A stretch of 64,000 nt of DNA. It comes from Dehalococcoidia bacterium (GTDB lineage: Bacteria > Chloroflexota > Dehalococcoidia > Bin125). The position numbers and the translations under genes were made by a program. The stretch covers positions 902,167 through 966,166 of the forward strand of contig CBDBQC010000004.1 in NCBI GenBank assembly GCA_965209205.1, given 5' to 3'. The notes beneath the pieces are model-generated. The model did no database searches, was not told the origin of the DNA, and saw only the letters and a list, made by a program, of their open reading frames with translations. Positions 56,355 through 64,000 of the stretch are shown in pieces (the first letter of the stretch is position 1; every line of letters starts with the position of its first letter).

Positions 56355-56415
56355 CACCAACGTCCTGCTCTACGCCGACCCGCGGGTCGTCAACCCCTTC
56401 GCCGAGGGTCGCTGA
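56341..56415 (+). pseudogene. truncated PIN-domain (VapC) toxin remnant, 24 codons
   Basis: MRFVDTNVLLYADPRVVNPFAEGR-stop. MRFVDTNVLLYA is the canonical VapC N-terminus with the first catalytic Asp. A normal VapC is about 130 aa. Confidence 0.55.
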
Positions 56416-56569
56416 GTGGGGCGCGGAGGTCGGCGTCGGGCGGCACCCGACGATCGGACCGCAGGGGCCGGGCGACGGGCGCTAGGCCCCCGGCCGCGAC
56501 GTTCGGTACACTGGGGGGCAACGTTCACCAATCCCGACGGCCGAGCGGCTCGCGGAGACAGGGGGATCG

Positions 56570-56779
56570 ATGCCAATCTACGAATACGTCTGCAAGAACG
56601 AGCACGAGTTCGAGCGCATGCTCAAGTTCTCCGAGATCGACAAGCGCGTGCGCTGCCCGGAGTGCAAGACGGCCGGCAAGCGCAAGCTGGTGCAGGACTT
56701 CCTGGATAAGAACTCCAGCAAGGAGCGCCTGAAGGACCAGCCGCGATCGCTGCGGCGCACGCGCTTCACGAACTGGTAG
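56570..56779 (+). CDS. FmdB-family zinc-ribbon protein
   Basis: MPIYEYVCKNEHEFE...RCPECK with paired CxxC motifs. Confidence 0.8.
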   Translation: MPIYEYVCKNEHEFERMLKFSEIDKRVRCPECKTAGKRKLVQDFLDKNSSKERLKDQPRSLRRTRFTNW

Positions 56780-56784
56780 CCGCG

Positions 56785-57657
56785 GTGAGCCCCGTCGCTG
56801 TGGTGGACGTCACCGACGCCAGCTTCGAGCGGGAGGTGGTGGCGCGGTCGCACGAGATGCCGGTGATCGTGGATTTCTGGGCGCCGTGGTGCGGCCCCTG
56901 CCGCATCCTGGGCCCGGTGCTCGAGTCGCTGGCCGAGGAGTTCGCCGGGCAAGTGCAACTGGCCAAGCTGAACACCGATGAGAACCCGTTCGTATCGCAG
57001 CAGCACGGCATCGAGAGCATCCCGGCGGTATTCGCCTACCAGGACGGGCAGCCGGTGTCGCAGTTCCTGGGCGCGCTGCCCGAGCCGCAGGTGCGGGAGT
57101 TCGTCGAGGCGCTGCTGCCGTCGTCGGCCGACAAGGCGGCGGAGGAGGCGGAGGCGCTGGTCGAGCAGGGGCAGCCGGCGGCGGCGCTGGAACGCTTCGA
57201 GCAGATCGTCGCCGACGACCCGAGTCACGAGGGCGCGACGGCGATGCTGGCGCACCTGGTGCTGCAAGGCGGCGACGAGGCGCGCGCCGAGGAGTTGGCG
57301 AACCGCGTGCCCGGCAACAAGGGCGCGAAGCGCACGCTGGCGACGATCCACCTGCGCCGTGCGGCCCGGGGCCAGGACGAGGCGGCGCTGCGGGCGCGGC
57401 TGTCGGCCGACGCGGGCGACGCGGGCGACGCCGCGGAGATGTCAGACGCCGAGGCGGAGTACCGGCTGGGCGCGCTGCTGGCCGATCGGGCGGAGTGGGA
57501 CGAGGCGCTGGAGCGGCTGCTCAACTCGGTGCGGCGCGACCGGTCGCTGCACGACGACGCGGCGCGCCGGCTGCTGCTCGACGCCTTCGTCCTGCTGGGC
57601 GACGACAGCCCGCTGACGCAGGACTACCGACGGCGGCTGGGATCGGTGCTGTTCTAG
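56785..57657 (+). CDS. thioredoxin-domain protein with a TPR-like C-terminal domain (YbbN/CnoX-like)
   Basis: VIVDFWAPWCGPCRILGP active site, followed by a helical Ala/Glu-rich repeat region. Confidence 0.85.
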   Translation: MSPVAVVDVTDASFEREVVARSHEMPVIVDFWAPWCGPCRILGPVLESLAEEFAGQVQLAKLNTDENPFVSQQHGIESIPAVFAYQDGQPVSQFLGALPEPQVREFVEALLPSSADKAAEEAEALVEQGQPAAALERFEQIVADDPSHEGATAMLAHLVLQGGDEARAEELANRVPGNKGAKRTLATIHLRRAARGQDEAALRARLSADAGDAGDAAEMSDAEAEYRLGALLADRAEWDEALERLLNSVRRDRSLHDDAARRLLLDAFVLLGDDSPLTQDYRRRLGSVLF

Positions 57658-57734
57658 CGCCGGCCGCAACGGCCGATGGGAAGCGGGGCGCCGGCGGCGC
57701 CCCGTTCGTCGTCTGTGGGAGTGAGCCGGTGGCC

Positions 57735-58064
57735 CTATTCCTCGGCGGCGTCGTCGCCGGCCTCCTCGCCGGGGCGGGCACGGGCGGAGATGGCCCAGGC
57801 GACGGTCGCGCCGGTTGCGAGGAGGAAGATGCCGGGGACGATGACGGCGATGGCGAGGCCCGCGCCGCTGACGTGGAAGGGATCGTCGGAGGCCTCGTCG
57901 CCGGCGGCGTCGAGGACGGGCGTCTCGGCCAGCGCGCCGTCGGCGGCGGCCGCCGCGACATCGCCCGCCGGCAGGCTCCAGGCGGCCACGACGAGGCCGA
58001 GCATGAGCAGCGCCAGCAGCAGTGTGCGGGGCCCAACCCCATCGCGCAGGCGGACGAGAACCAT
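57735..58064 (-). CDS. hypothetical membrane protein (N-terminal signal/TM helix and C-terminal TM helix with an acidic tail)
   Basis: The ATG at 58064 has a GAGGGGA Shine-Dalgarno sequence. MVLVRLRDGVGPRTLLLALLMLGLVVAAWS...GLAIAVIVPGIFLLATGATVAWAI...EEAGDDAAEE. Strong third-position GC bias. Confidence 0.5.
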   Translation of the reverse strand: MVLVRLRDGVGPRTLLLALLMLGLVVAAWSLPAGDVAAAAADGALAETPVLDAAGDEASDDPFHVSGAGLAIAVIVPGIFLLATGATVAWAISARARPGEEAGDDAAEE

Positions 58065-58100
58065 CGTGGCGACTCCCCTCAAAATCCGGGTCCAGTGTCG

Positions 58101-58135
58101 CGCGGGGGCGGGGACCGGTCAACCGATGGGGCGTC
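58101..58135 (+). repeat. 35-bp direct repeat copy 1 (cgcgggggcggggaccggtcaaccgatggggcgtc)
   Basis: Identical to 59136..59170. An 11-nt cagtgtcgcgc lies immediately upstream of this copy (58093..58103, its last 3 nt overlapping the repeat) and also occurs at 59086..59096, about 40 nt upstream of copy 2. Confidence 0.9.
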
Positions 58136-58213
58136 GGTCGTTGACGTCCGTTCGGCCGCACGGGACACTCGGCGGGCGCTAGACTGGGGGCGCGAGCGAA
58201 TGGGGGCACGACG

Positions 58214-58501
58214 ATGACAATGACCTTCGACACGCGCCGGGCCGTGCAGAAGCTGGTCGGGGTCGGGGTTGACGACAGCCACGCCGACGCGATCGTCGAG
58301 GTGGTCGGAGACGCCACGAGCCCGCTGGTGACGCGGGATATCCTGCGGGCGGAGCTCAAGGATCTGCGGTCGGAGCTAAAGGCGGAACTTAGCGAAGTGC
58401 GGGCGGAGTTCCACCGCGCCCTACTGATTCAGGCCGGCGTCGTGCTGGCGGGGGTGGCCGCGATCGCGGCGATCGCGACGCTCCTGGCCAGGCTCGGGTA
58501 A
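58214..58501 (+). CDS. DUF1640-like small tail-anchored coiled-coil protein (full length)
   Basis: MTMTFDTRRAVQKLVGVGVDDSHADAIVEVV..., then a coiled-coil and the TM helix AGVVLAGVAAIAAIATLL. Confidence 0.75.
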   Translation: MTMTFDTRRAVQKLVGVGVDDSHADAIVEVVGDATSPLVTRDILRAELKDLRSELKAELSEVRAEFHRALLIQAGVVLAGVAAIAAIATLLARLG

Positions 58502-58542
58502 GCGGAGGCCACCTCACCACGCCCTCCGCCCCGGATCCGACC

Positions 58543-58746
58543 TTACCCGGCCAACACCTCGATCGCCGCCACGCAGCTGAGAAACAGGATGGTCTGGCCG
58601 AGCAGCAGTGTGAGCGTCCACACCTTCATCTCGGACCGCATCGCGTCGAGCGCGGCCCTCATCTCTGCCCGCAACTCGTTGATCGCGACATGCAGATCGC
58701 GCACGTCCTCCTTCGTCGCGATGCTGGTGCTGACTGAGTAGGCCAT
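58543..58746 (-). CDS. 67-aa coiled-coil + TM protein (C-terminal half of the DUF1640 architecture)
   Basis: The ATG at 58746 gives MAYSVSTSIATKEDVRDLHVAINELRAEMRAALDAMRSEMKVWTLTLLLGQTILFLSCVAAIEVLAG. A 51-nt block (58669..58719) is nearly identical to 58902..58952. Confidence 0.6.
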   Translation of the reverse strand: MAYSVSTSIATKEDVRDLHVAINELRAEMRAALDAMRSEMKVWTLTLLLGQTILFLSCVAAIEVLAG

Positions 58747-58763
58747 TCCGCGCCGCGGCCAAA

Positions 58764-59072
58764 TCATCCCCAGAGCACGGCTGCGATTGCGAGGCCCGCG
58801 GCCAGGAAGGCCGCCGTTGCGGCGGTATAGGCTCCGAGTTGCAGCCAGAGCAAGCGCGTGAAGCGGGCCTCCATCTGCGCCATCGCCACGGCAAGTTCGG
58901 ACCGCAACTCGTTGATCGTGACATGCAGATCGCGCACGTCCTGCTTCGTCGCCAACCCCTCCTGGGCGTCCACGATCGCCTCCACCACGCCCTCCGCCTG
59001 CTCGGCGGTGTGCCCACGCCCACGCAGCGCCCTCACCGCCTTGGCCGTGTCGAACGTGATCCCAACCATCAT
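58764..59072 (-). CDS. DUF1640-like small tail-anchored coiled-coil protein (full length)
   Basis: MMVGITFDTAKAVRALRGRGHTAEQAEGVVEAI...ATKQDVRDLHVTINELRSE..., then a TM helix. Confidence 0.75.
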   Translation of the reverse strand: MMVGITFDTAKAVRALRGRGHTAEQAEGVVEAIVDAQEGLATKQDVRDLHVTINELRSELAVAMAQMEARFTRLLWLQLGAYTAATAAFLAAGLAIAAVLWG

Positions 59073-59135
59073 TCCCCCTCTGACGCAGTGTCGCGCACGA
59101 TGGCGCGGCCATGCAACGCATTATGGCACTGCGCA

Positions 59136-59170
59136 CGCGGGGGCGGGGACCGGTCAACCGATGGGGCGTC
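59136..59170 (+). repeat. 35-bp direct repeat copy 2
   Basis: Identical to 58101..58135. It is followed by TAGGCT-cgcccg-ATG of the methyltransferase gene. Confidence 0.9.
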
Positions 59171-59189
59171 CACCCGCTAGGCTCGCCCG

Positions 59190-59816
59190 ATGGCGAGTGA
59201 TGCAACCGATGCCGAGGCGACCCGGCGCGCGATCCGCGAGCGGCTGGCGCAGCCGCCCGTGGTCGAGGTGGCGCTGCCGGGCCGCACGCTGCGGCTGACC
59301 AGCGCCTGGGGCCTGTTCTCGGCGAAGGGGATCGACGAGGGGACGGCGCTGCTGCTGGGGGAGCTGATGGCGCTGCCGCCGGCGTCGCGGGTGCTCGACT
59401 TCGGCTGCGGCTACGGAGCGCTGGGGCTGACGCTGGCGGCGCTCTGGCCGGAGGCGGAGGTGGCGCTGATCGACAAGGACGTGCTGGCCGTGGAGGCCTG
59501 CGCGGGCAACATCGCGGCGGCCGGGCTGACGAACGCCCGCGCGTCGCTGAGCCCGGGCTTCCGCGACGCACCGCCGGGCCCGTACGACCTCATCGTCTCG
59601 AACCTGCCCGCGCAGGCCGGCAACGAGGCGCTCGACGCGATCCTGCTCGGAGCGTGGGAGCGGCTGGCGCCGTCGGGGTCGCTGGTGGTGGTGACGGTGA
59701 ACGGGTTGCGTCGTTATGTCCGACGACGGCTCGAGGCGGTGTTCGGGAACTACCACAAGGCGCGCCAGGGGCCGCGGCACACGGTCGCAGAAGGCATGCG
59801 CGGCGAGGACGGCTAG
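59190..59816 (+). CDS. class I SAM-dependent methyltransferase (RsmC/RlmG small-domain-like)
   Basis: VLDFGCGYGALGL (motif I), DLIVSNLPAQAG (in place of NPPF). Its stop overlaps the convergent cofC stop (ctag). Confidence 0.8.
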   Translation: MASDATDAEATRRAIRERLAQPPVVEVALPGRTLRLTSAWGLFSAKGIDEGTALLLGELMALPPASRVLDFGCGYGALGLTLAALWPEAEVALIDKDVLAVEACAGNIAAAGLTNARASLSPGFRDAPPGPYDLIVSNLPAQAGNEALDAILLGAWERLAPSGSLVVVTVNGLRRYVRRRLEAVFGNYHKARQGPRHTVAEGMRGEDG

Positions 59817-60505
59817 CGCAGGCTCGCGCCGCCCCACGAGGGGAAGCCCGGCGAGTGCAGGCAGCGCACGGTCTCGAGTTCCGCGGCGCCGGCCAGGGCG
59901 AGCAGCCGGGCCAAGTCCTCGGGCCAGTCGACGTCGAGCGCCCAGCGCTCCGACCGGACGGCGGCGAAGGCCGCGCCGGCGTCGCGGGCGGCGCGCTCGT
60001 GGCGGGCGGCCGAGCCGGGGCCGTAGGCCGGCTCGATGACCGACGGGGGCCGCAGGCAGAGGCCGTTGGTGCCGCCGTCCTCGGCGGGGGCGAGGGCGAC
60101 GGCGGGGCCCGCCGCTGGGCCGGAGGCGGCGGCGACCAGCGCGTCGATGTCGTCGGGGCGGATGAGGGGCAGGTCGGCCGGCACGATGAGCAGCGCGCCC
60201 GCCGCCGCGACGCGGGCCTGCGCATCGCGGAGGGCGGCATTGAGGCCCGCCTGACCGGGGGCTTGGCGCAGGAACCCGACGCCCAGGCGGCCGGCCTCGC
60301 GGCCGGCGGCGACGTCGCGGCTGACGATCGTGACGCGGTCGACGCGGCGGGCCGCCTGCAGCGCGCGGACCACATCGCCGAGCATGGCGCGGACGAGGCG
60401 GTTGCGCTGCTCGATGGTCAGCAGGCGGGCGAGGCGGGCCTTGCCGGCGGGCAGCCCGCGCACCGGGACGACGGCCTCGACGGGAGCGCTAGGCATCGGG
60501 CTCAC
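59813..60505 (-). CDS. cofC: 2-phospho-L-lactate (or PEP) guanylyltransferase CofC/FbiD
   Basis: AVVPVRGLPAGKARL...LIVPADLPLIRPDDIDAL...DGGTNGL are present. Confidence 0.8.
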   Translation of the reverse strand: MSPMPSAPVEAVVPVRGLPAGKARLARLLTIEQRNRLVRAMLGDVVRALQAARRVDRVTIVSRDVAAGREAGRLGVGFLRQAPGQAGLNAALRDAQARVAAAGALLIVPADLPLIRPDDIDALVAAASGPAAGPAVALAPAEDGGTNGLCLRPPSVIEPAYGPGSAARHERAARDAGAAFAAVRSERWALDVDWPEDLARLLALAGAAELETVRCLHSPGFPSWGGASLR

Positions 60506-61484
60506 CGGTCCCGCGACGGTGGGCCGCGGCCAGCGCCGCCTCGACGGTGCGCTGCGCCAGGGCGCGCTTCTCGCCGGGGCCGTGCATGAGCGTCTGCGTG
60601 GCGAGGCAGCGCACCCCCGTCTCGGCCTCGATCACGGGGGCGAGGTCGGCGTCCTGCGCATCGATGACGAAGACATCGATCAGATCGGCGTAGAGCCGGG
60701 CGACGCCGAGCGCGGAGACATCGTGGCCCAGGCTGCGCATGATCGCGGCGGCGGGCCCCTTGATCGCCGCCCCGGCGACGATGGGGCTCACCGCGGCGAC
60801 CGGCGCGGCGGTCGTGAGGAGGCAGTCGCGCAGGCCGGGGACGGCCAGCACGGGCCCGATCGAGAGGAAGGGGTTGCTGGGCGCGATGACGATGGCGCGG
60901 GCCTGTGTCAGCGCCTCGTGCACGCCGGGGGCGGGCGCGACCGACTCGGCGCCCTCGAAGCGCAGGCCGCGCACGGCGTCGGCCTGGCGGCGGCGCACGA
61001 AGTACTCCTGGAAGGGCAGCTCGCCGGCGTCGGTCTGCACGATGGTGCGCAGACGGCCGTCGGTGACGGGCACGATGGCGCAGCCGACGCCCGAGGCGGC
61101 GGCGATCTCGGCGGTCACGGCGCTCAGCGGGGCGCCGGCCCGGAGGCGCTCGGTGCGGTAGAGGTGCGTGCCCAGGTCGGTGTCGCCCAGCGTGAACCAG
61201 CCGCTGCCGCCCAGGGCGCGCAGGCGGTCGAGGGCGGTGAAGCGGTCGCCCAGGACGCCCCAGCCGGTGTCGGGGTTGACGAGCCCGGCGAGGGTGTAGG
61301 TGACGGTGTCGAGGTCGGGGCTGATGTGCAGCCCGGCGATCTCGAGGTCGTCGCCCACGTTGACGATCGCCACCACGTCGGCGGGGGGGAAGGCCGCGAG
61401 CGCGCCCTCGAGGAAGCGCGCCGCGCCCACGCCGCCGGCGATGACGACGATGGGGCCGCTGGGGGGCTCGGGCGCTGGGGGCAT
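60489..61484 (-). CDS. cofD: 2-phospho-L-lactate transferase CofD/FbiA
   Basis: VVIAGGVGAARFLEG, NVGDDLEIAGLHISPDLDTVTYTLAG, GDTDLGTHLYRT and APSNPFLSIGPVL are present. Confidence 0.9.
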   Translation of the reverse strand: MPPAPEPPSGPIVVIAGGVGAARFLEGALAAFPPADVVAIVNVGDDLEIAGLHISPDLDTVTYTLAGLVNPDTGWGVLGDRFTALDRLRALGGSGWFTLGDTDLGTHLYRTERLRAGAPLSAVTAEIAAASGVGCAIVPVTDGRLRTIVQTDAGELPFQEYFVRRRQADAVRGLRFEGAESVAPAPGVHEALTQARAIVIAPSNPFLSIGPVLAVPGLRDCLLTTAAPVAAVSPIVAGAAIKGPAAAIMRSLGHDVSALGVARLYADLIDVFVIDAQDADLAPVIEAETGVRCLATQTLMHGPGEKRALAQRTVEAALAAAHRRGTGEPDA

Positions 61485-61502
61485 CGGCCGACTCCCGTCC
61501 GT

Positions 61503-61865
61503 TCAGTCGTCGCGCGGCGCGCCGGCGTCCGGCGTCAGCGTCGCGAGGAAGCCGTCGCCGTCGTCGGACTCGCGCAGGTCGAGGCCGATCTCGAAGCCGG
61601 CGTCCTCGAAGGTCGCGAGCAGGCGCAGGGGGCGCTCGGCGCCCGCGCGCTCGACGGCGGCGAGTGCGCCCGACCAGGGGCCGTCGGGCGAGTCCAGCTC
61701 CAGGTCCGCCTCGCGCAGACCGCCCTCGCGGTCGAGGATGGCGTGCAGCGAGCAGTACCATCCGCCCATCGCATCGGCGAGGTCGATGGTGAGGTGGCGC
61801 GAGCCGTCGAGTTGGCGCTCGTCCTCGACGGCGGCCCCCTGCAGCTGGGGGATCGTGATCCGCAT
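61503..61865 (-). CDS. hypothetical acidic protein upstream of cofD
   Basis: The ATG at 61865 gives MRITIPQLQGAAVEDERQLDGSRHLTIDLADAMGGWYCSLH.... Strong third-position GC bias. No family recognised. Confidence 0.5.
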   Translation of the reverse strand: MRITIPQLQGAAVEDERQLDGSRHLTIDLADAMGGWYCSLHAILDREGGLREADLELDSPDGPWSGALAAVERAGAERPLRLLATFEDAGFEIGLDLRESDDGDGFLATLTPDAGAPRDD

Positions 61866-61929
61866 ACAGGGATCGTATGCTCCAGGGAGCGCGCGGACTA
61901 CCAACGAGCCGCCGCCCGCGAGGGACGGC

Positions 61930-62604
61930 ATGTCGACCAGCGACCCAGATCCGGTCTGCGAACACTGCGGCCTGCGCCGGGGCCAGGCGATGGCCTGCCG
62001 AGCCTGCGGCGTGCTGACGCTGGCCGGCGGACAGAGCGTGATGCTGGCCTCTCGCTGGCGGCGGCTGAGCGAGTACCTGCTCGATTCGCTGCTGTTCGTG
62101 GTGACGTTCGGGATCGGCTGGCTGATCTGGATGCACTTCACCGCGCGCACGTCGCAGTCGCCGGCCAAGCGGCTGCTGAACACCTACATCGTCGTGCTGC
62201 ACGAGCAGGAACTCGCGAGCTACGAGCGGGTCTGGGTGCGCGACGTGGGCGTCCTCTGGCTGCTGTTCGGGATCCTGCTGTCGTCGGTGTCGGGGGGCAT
62301 CGTGCCGCTGGTCGACATGCTCTGGATCCTGTTCGACCGCCAGAAGCAGACGCTGCACGACAAGGTGGTGGACACGGTGATCGTGTACGCGCCGCTGGGG
62401 CTGGGCGAGCGGACGGCGGGCCGCGGCCCGGCGGCTGCGCCGTGGTCGCGCGACGGCGGGGGCGCCGCGCCGGGCGGGCCCGAGTCGTACGCGTCGGCCG
62501 ACACGCAGGCGCAGTTGCGGGCGCTGCGGCGGCTGTGGGAGCGCGGCGAGATCGGCGGCGCGGAGTACGAGCGGCGGCGGCGGGAGGTCCTGAACCGGGA
62601 CTAG
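61930..62604 (+). CDS. zinc-ribbon + RDD-family membrane domain + SHOCT-like C-terminus protein
   Basis: CEHCG...CRACG, RRLSEYLLDSLLF...SQSPAKRLL...QKQTLHDKVVDTVIV (RDD pattern) and LRALRRLWERGEIGGAEYERRRREVL (SHOCT-like) are present. Confidence 0.75.
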   Translation: MSTSDPDPVCEHCGLRRGQAMACRACGVLTLAGGQSVMLASRWRRLSEYLLDSLLFVVTFGIGWLIWMHFTARTSQSPAKRLLNTYIVVLHEQELASYERVWVRDVGVLWLLFGILLSSVSGGIVPLVDMLWILFDRQKQTLHDKVVDTVIVYAPLGLGERTAGRGPAAAPWSRDGGGAAPGGPESYASADTQAQLRALRRLWERGEIGGAEYERRRREVLNRD

Positions 62605-62621
62605 CTGGAGGATCGCGATCG

Positions 62622-63569
62622 ATGCAGTACCGCACGGCGACCTGTGAGCGCTGCGGCCTCCCCCGCGGCGAGGGCGCGTTCTGCGCCAACTGCAAGGTGC
62701 TCAACGCCGACCCCGGCGCGGGGCTGTACGCGGCGGCGGGGTCGCGGCGGATGGCCGGCCGCCTGCTCGACCTGGCGCTGTTCGTGCTCTGCCTGGGCGT
62801 GGGCTGGTGGATCTGGCTGGGCGCAACGGCGGGCGGGGGGCAGTCGCCGGCGAAGCGCATGCTGGGGCTGCGGGTCGTGCGGGCCGACGGCTCGGCGATG
62901 GGGGGCGGCGGCGTCTGGTTCCGCGACGGCGTGCTGGCGCTGCTGCTGACGCCGCTGCTGCCGCTGAGCGCGCTCTGGGCGCTGCGCTCGGCGTCGCGGC
63001 AGACCCTGCACGACGTCCTGGCGGGCAGCGCCGTGGTCAACGCCGAGGCGCGGCCGGCGACGGGATACGCCCACCGTTCCCGCGACGGCGGGACGCCGCG
63101 CCGCGCCGACATCGCGCTACCGCCGGCGCCGGTCCGGTCGCAGGCCCCTGCGACGCGCGGCGCGGCCGGCCCGGGGTCGCGCCCGGTCTCACGGCCGGTG
63201 TCGCGGGCGCCGGAGCGATCGAGCGGGCCCGATCGGCCCCACGACCGCTTGCCCGACGACCGGCCGATGTGGCCGGGCGGGGTGCCGCCCTGGCAGCAGC
63301 AGGGGCCGGGCTCGGCCTCGGGGCCGGGGGCGGGGCCAGCGGCGGGACCGGCGGCGTCACGGCCGGGCCCCGGCGCGTCGCCGCCGCCGCGTCGGCCCGA
63401 TCGGCACGCGCCGCCGCGCGCGGGCGGCCCGTCGGGACCGATCGAGTACTCGCCCCGCGCCACGACGACGATGGACAAGATTACGGAACTGGAGCAGCGC
63501 TACCGCAGCGGCGAACTGAGCCGCGTGGACTTCGAGAACGAGCGGCGGCGGTTGATCGCCGAGTCGTGA
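62622..63569 (+). CDS. paralogous zinc-ribbon + RDD + Pro/Gly/Arg-rich linker + SHOCT-like protein
   Basis: CERCG...CANCK, RMAGRLLDLALF...GQSPAKRMLGLRVV...RQTLHDVLAGSAVV and ELEQRYRSGELSRVDFENERRRLI are present. Confidence 0.75.
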   Translation: MQYRTATCERCGLPRGEGAFCANCKVLNADPGAGLYAAAGSRRMAGRLLDLALFVLCLGVGWWIWLGATAGGGQSPAKRMLGLRVVRADGSAMGGGGVWFRDGVLALLLTPLLPLSALWALRSASRQTLHDVLAGSAVVNAEARPATGYAHRSRDGGTPRRADIALPPAPVRSQAPATRGAAGPGSRPVSRPVSRAPERSSGPDRPHDRLPDDRPMWPGGVPPWQQQGPGSASGPGAGPAAGPAASRPGPGASPPPRRPDRHAPPRAGGPSGPIEYSPRATTTMDKITELEQRYRSGELSRVDFENERRRLIAES

Positions 63570-63588
63570 GCGGCGCCGGGCCGCGACG

Positions 63589-64000
63589 CTAGAGCTTCCC
63601 GTCGACGTGATCCACGAACGCGAAGCCGCAGCCGAGCAGCGCGTTGACGTGCTCGACCATCTCGTCGCGCCGGCGCTGGAAGCGCTCGTGGGCGCCGCCC
63701 GCCGGGTTGAGGTCCATCTCATCGACGATCGTGTTGCGGCAGGCGATCGCATCCGCGATCGGCTGGCGGGCGAGCGGGTCGTCGGAGGGGCCGACGGGGA
63801 AGGGCGGCGCGAACTGGTTGGCGACGGAGCGCAGGCGCCCGACCGTCAGGTCGCGCGACGTCATGTCCTCGACGATGAGTGTGTGGACGCTGACGCGGGG
63901 GGGATCGGAACGGAAGACGGCGCCGAGGGCGGTGAGCTCGGCCGATTGCTCGCGCAGGCGGCCCTTCATGTACTCGCTGGCGTGATGGGTGGCCTGGGTG
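63589..64000 (-). CDS. hypothetical protein, 5' end probably outside the window
   Basis: The frame stays open to the window edge upstream of the ATG at 63969 (..TQATHHASEYMKGRLREQ..). C-terminus ...LLGCGFAFVDHVDGKL. Family not recognised. Confidence 0.5.
   Translation of the reverse strand, partial: TQATHHASEYMKGRLREQSAELTALGAVFRSDPPRVSVHTLIVEDMTSRDLTVGRLRSVANQFAPPFPVGPSDDPLARQPIADAIACRNTIVDEMDLNPAGGAHERFQRRRDEMVEHVNALLGCGFAFVDHVDGKL

Noticed and set aside
57676-58182. Plus-strand ORFs overlapping the 57735..58064 membrane-protein gene.
   Set aside because: Their translations are Ala/Arg/Ser/Pro-rich (with Gly-rich stretches) with no features. The minus-strand frame has a Shine-Dalgarno sequence, a signal/TM organisation and clean third-position GC bias.

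Overview
High-GC (roughly 70%+) bacterial chromosomal window. The gene content (RNase Y + YmdB, F420 cofC/cofD, class II RNR, Cheo-type LexA boxes) suggests a Chloroflexota/Thermomicrobia-like or other Terrabacteria lineage; that taxon call is inference only.

The backbone is housekeeping:
- mog-trmD ... rplS on the minus strand.
- A near-complete dcw cluster on the plus strand: mraZ-rsmH-ftsL-ftsI-murF-mraY-murD-ftsW-murG-murC-murB-ddl-[inserted membrane gene]-ftsQ-ftsA-ftsZ, with many 4-nt ATGA overlaps.
- nrdR-nrdJ, a radical SAM gene, yggS-proC-yggT, a crotonase, recA-recX, rny-ymdB-PHP-fabZ, tRNA-Asp, an acyl-CoA carboxyltransferase, bioB, an orphan LivJ-like binding protein, alkA-like, a thioesterase, folP, a thioredoxin-TPR protein, and cofC/cofD.

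Accessory or unusual content:
1. A 2.8-kb three-gene insertion splits trmD/rplS. It is led by an orphan DarT-like (DUF4433) ADP-ribosyltransferase with no recognisable DarG partner.
2. A DUF2157-like membrane gene sits between ddl and ftsQ, flanked by a 46-bp junction duplication.
3. A type III-like R-M pair carries a strikingly AT-richer target-recognition segment and in-frame heptamer-based palindromic insertions in mod.
4. Six DUF1640-like small tail-anchored coiled-coil genes lie in two cassettes. One cassette is flanked by 35-bp direct repeats.
5. A low-GC RapA-like SNF2 ATPase.
6. A HepT/MntA toxin-antitoxin pair lies next to a decayed VapBC.
7. rsmH has an apparent frameshift.
8. Several genes show leaderless-type promoter geometry.

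No rRNA, CRISPR array, transposase or integrase was recognised. Many very long ORFs in the track are alternate-frame or antisense artefacts of the high GC. All coordinates and motifs were read by eye, and no database search was run.
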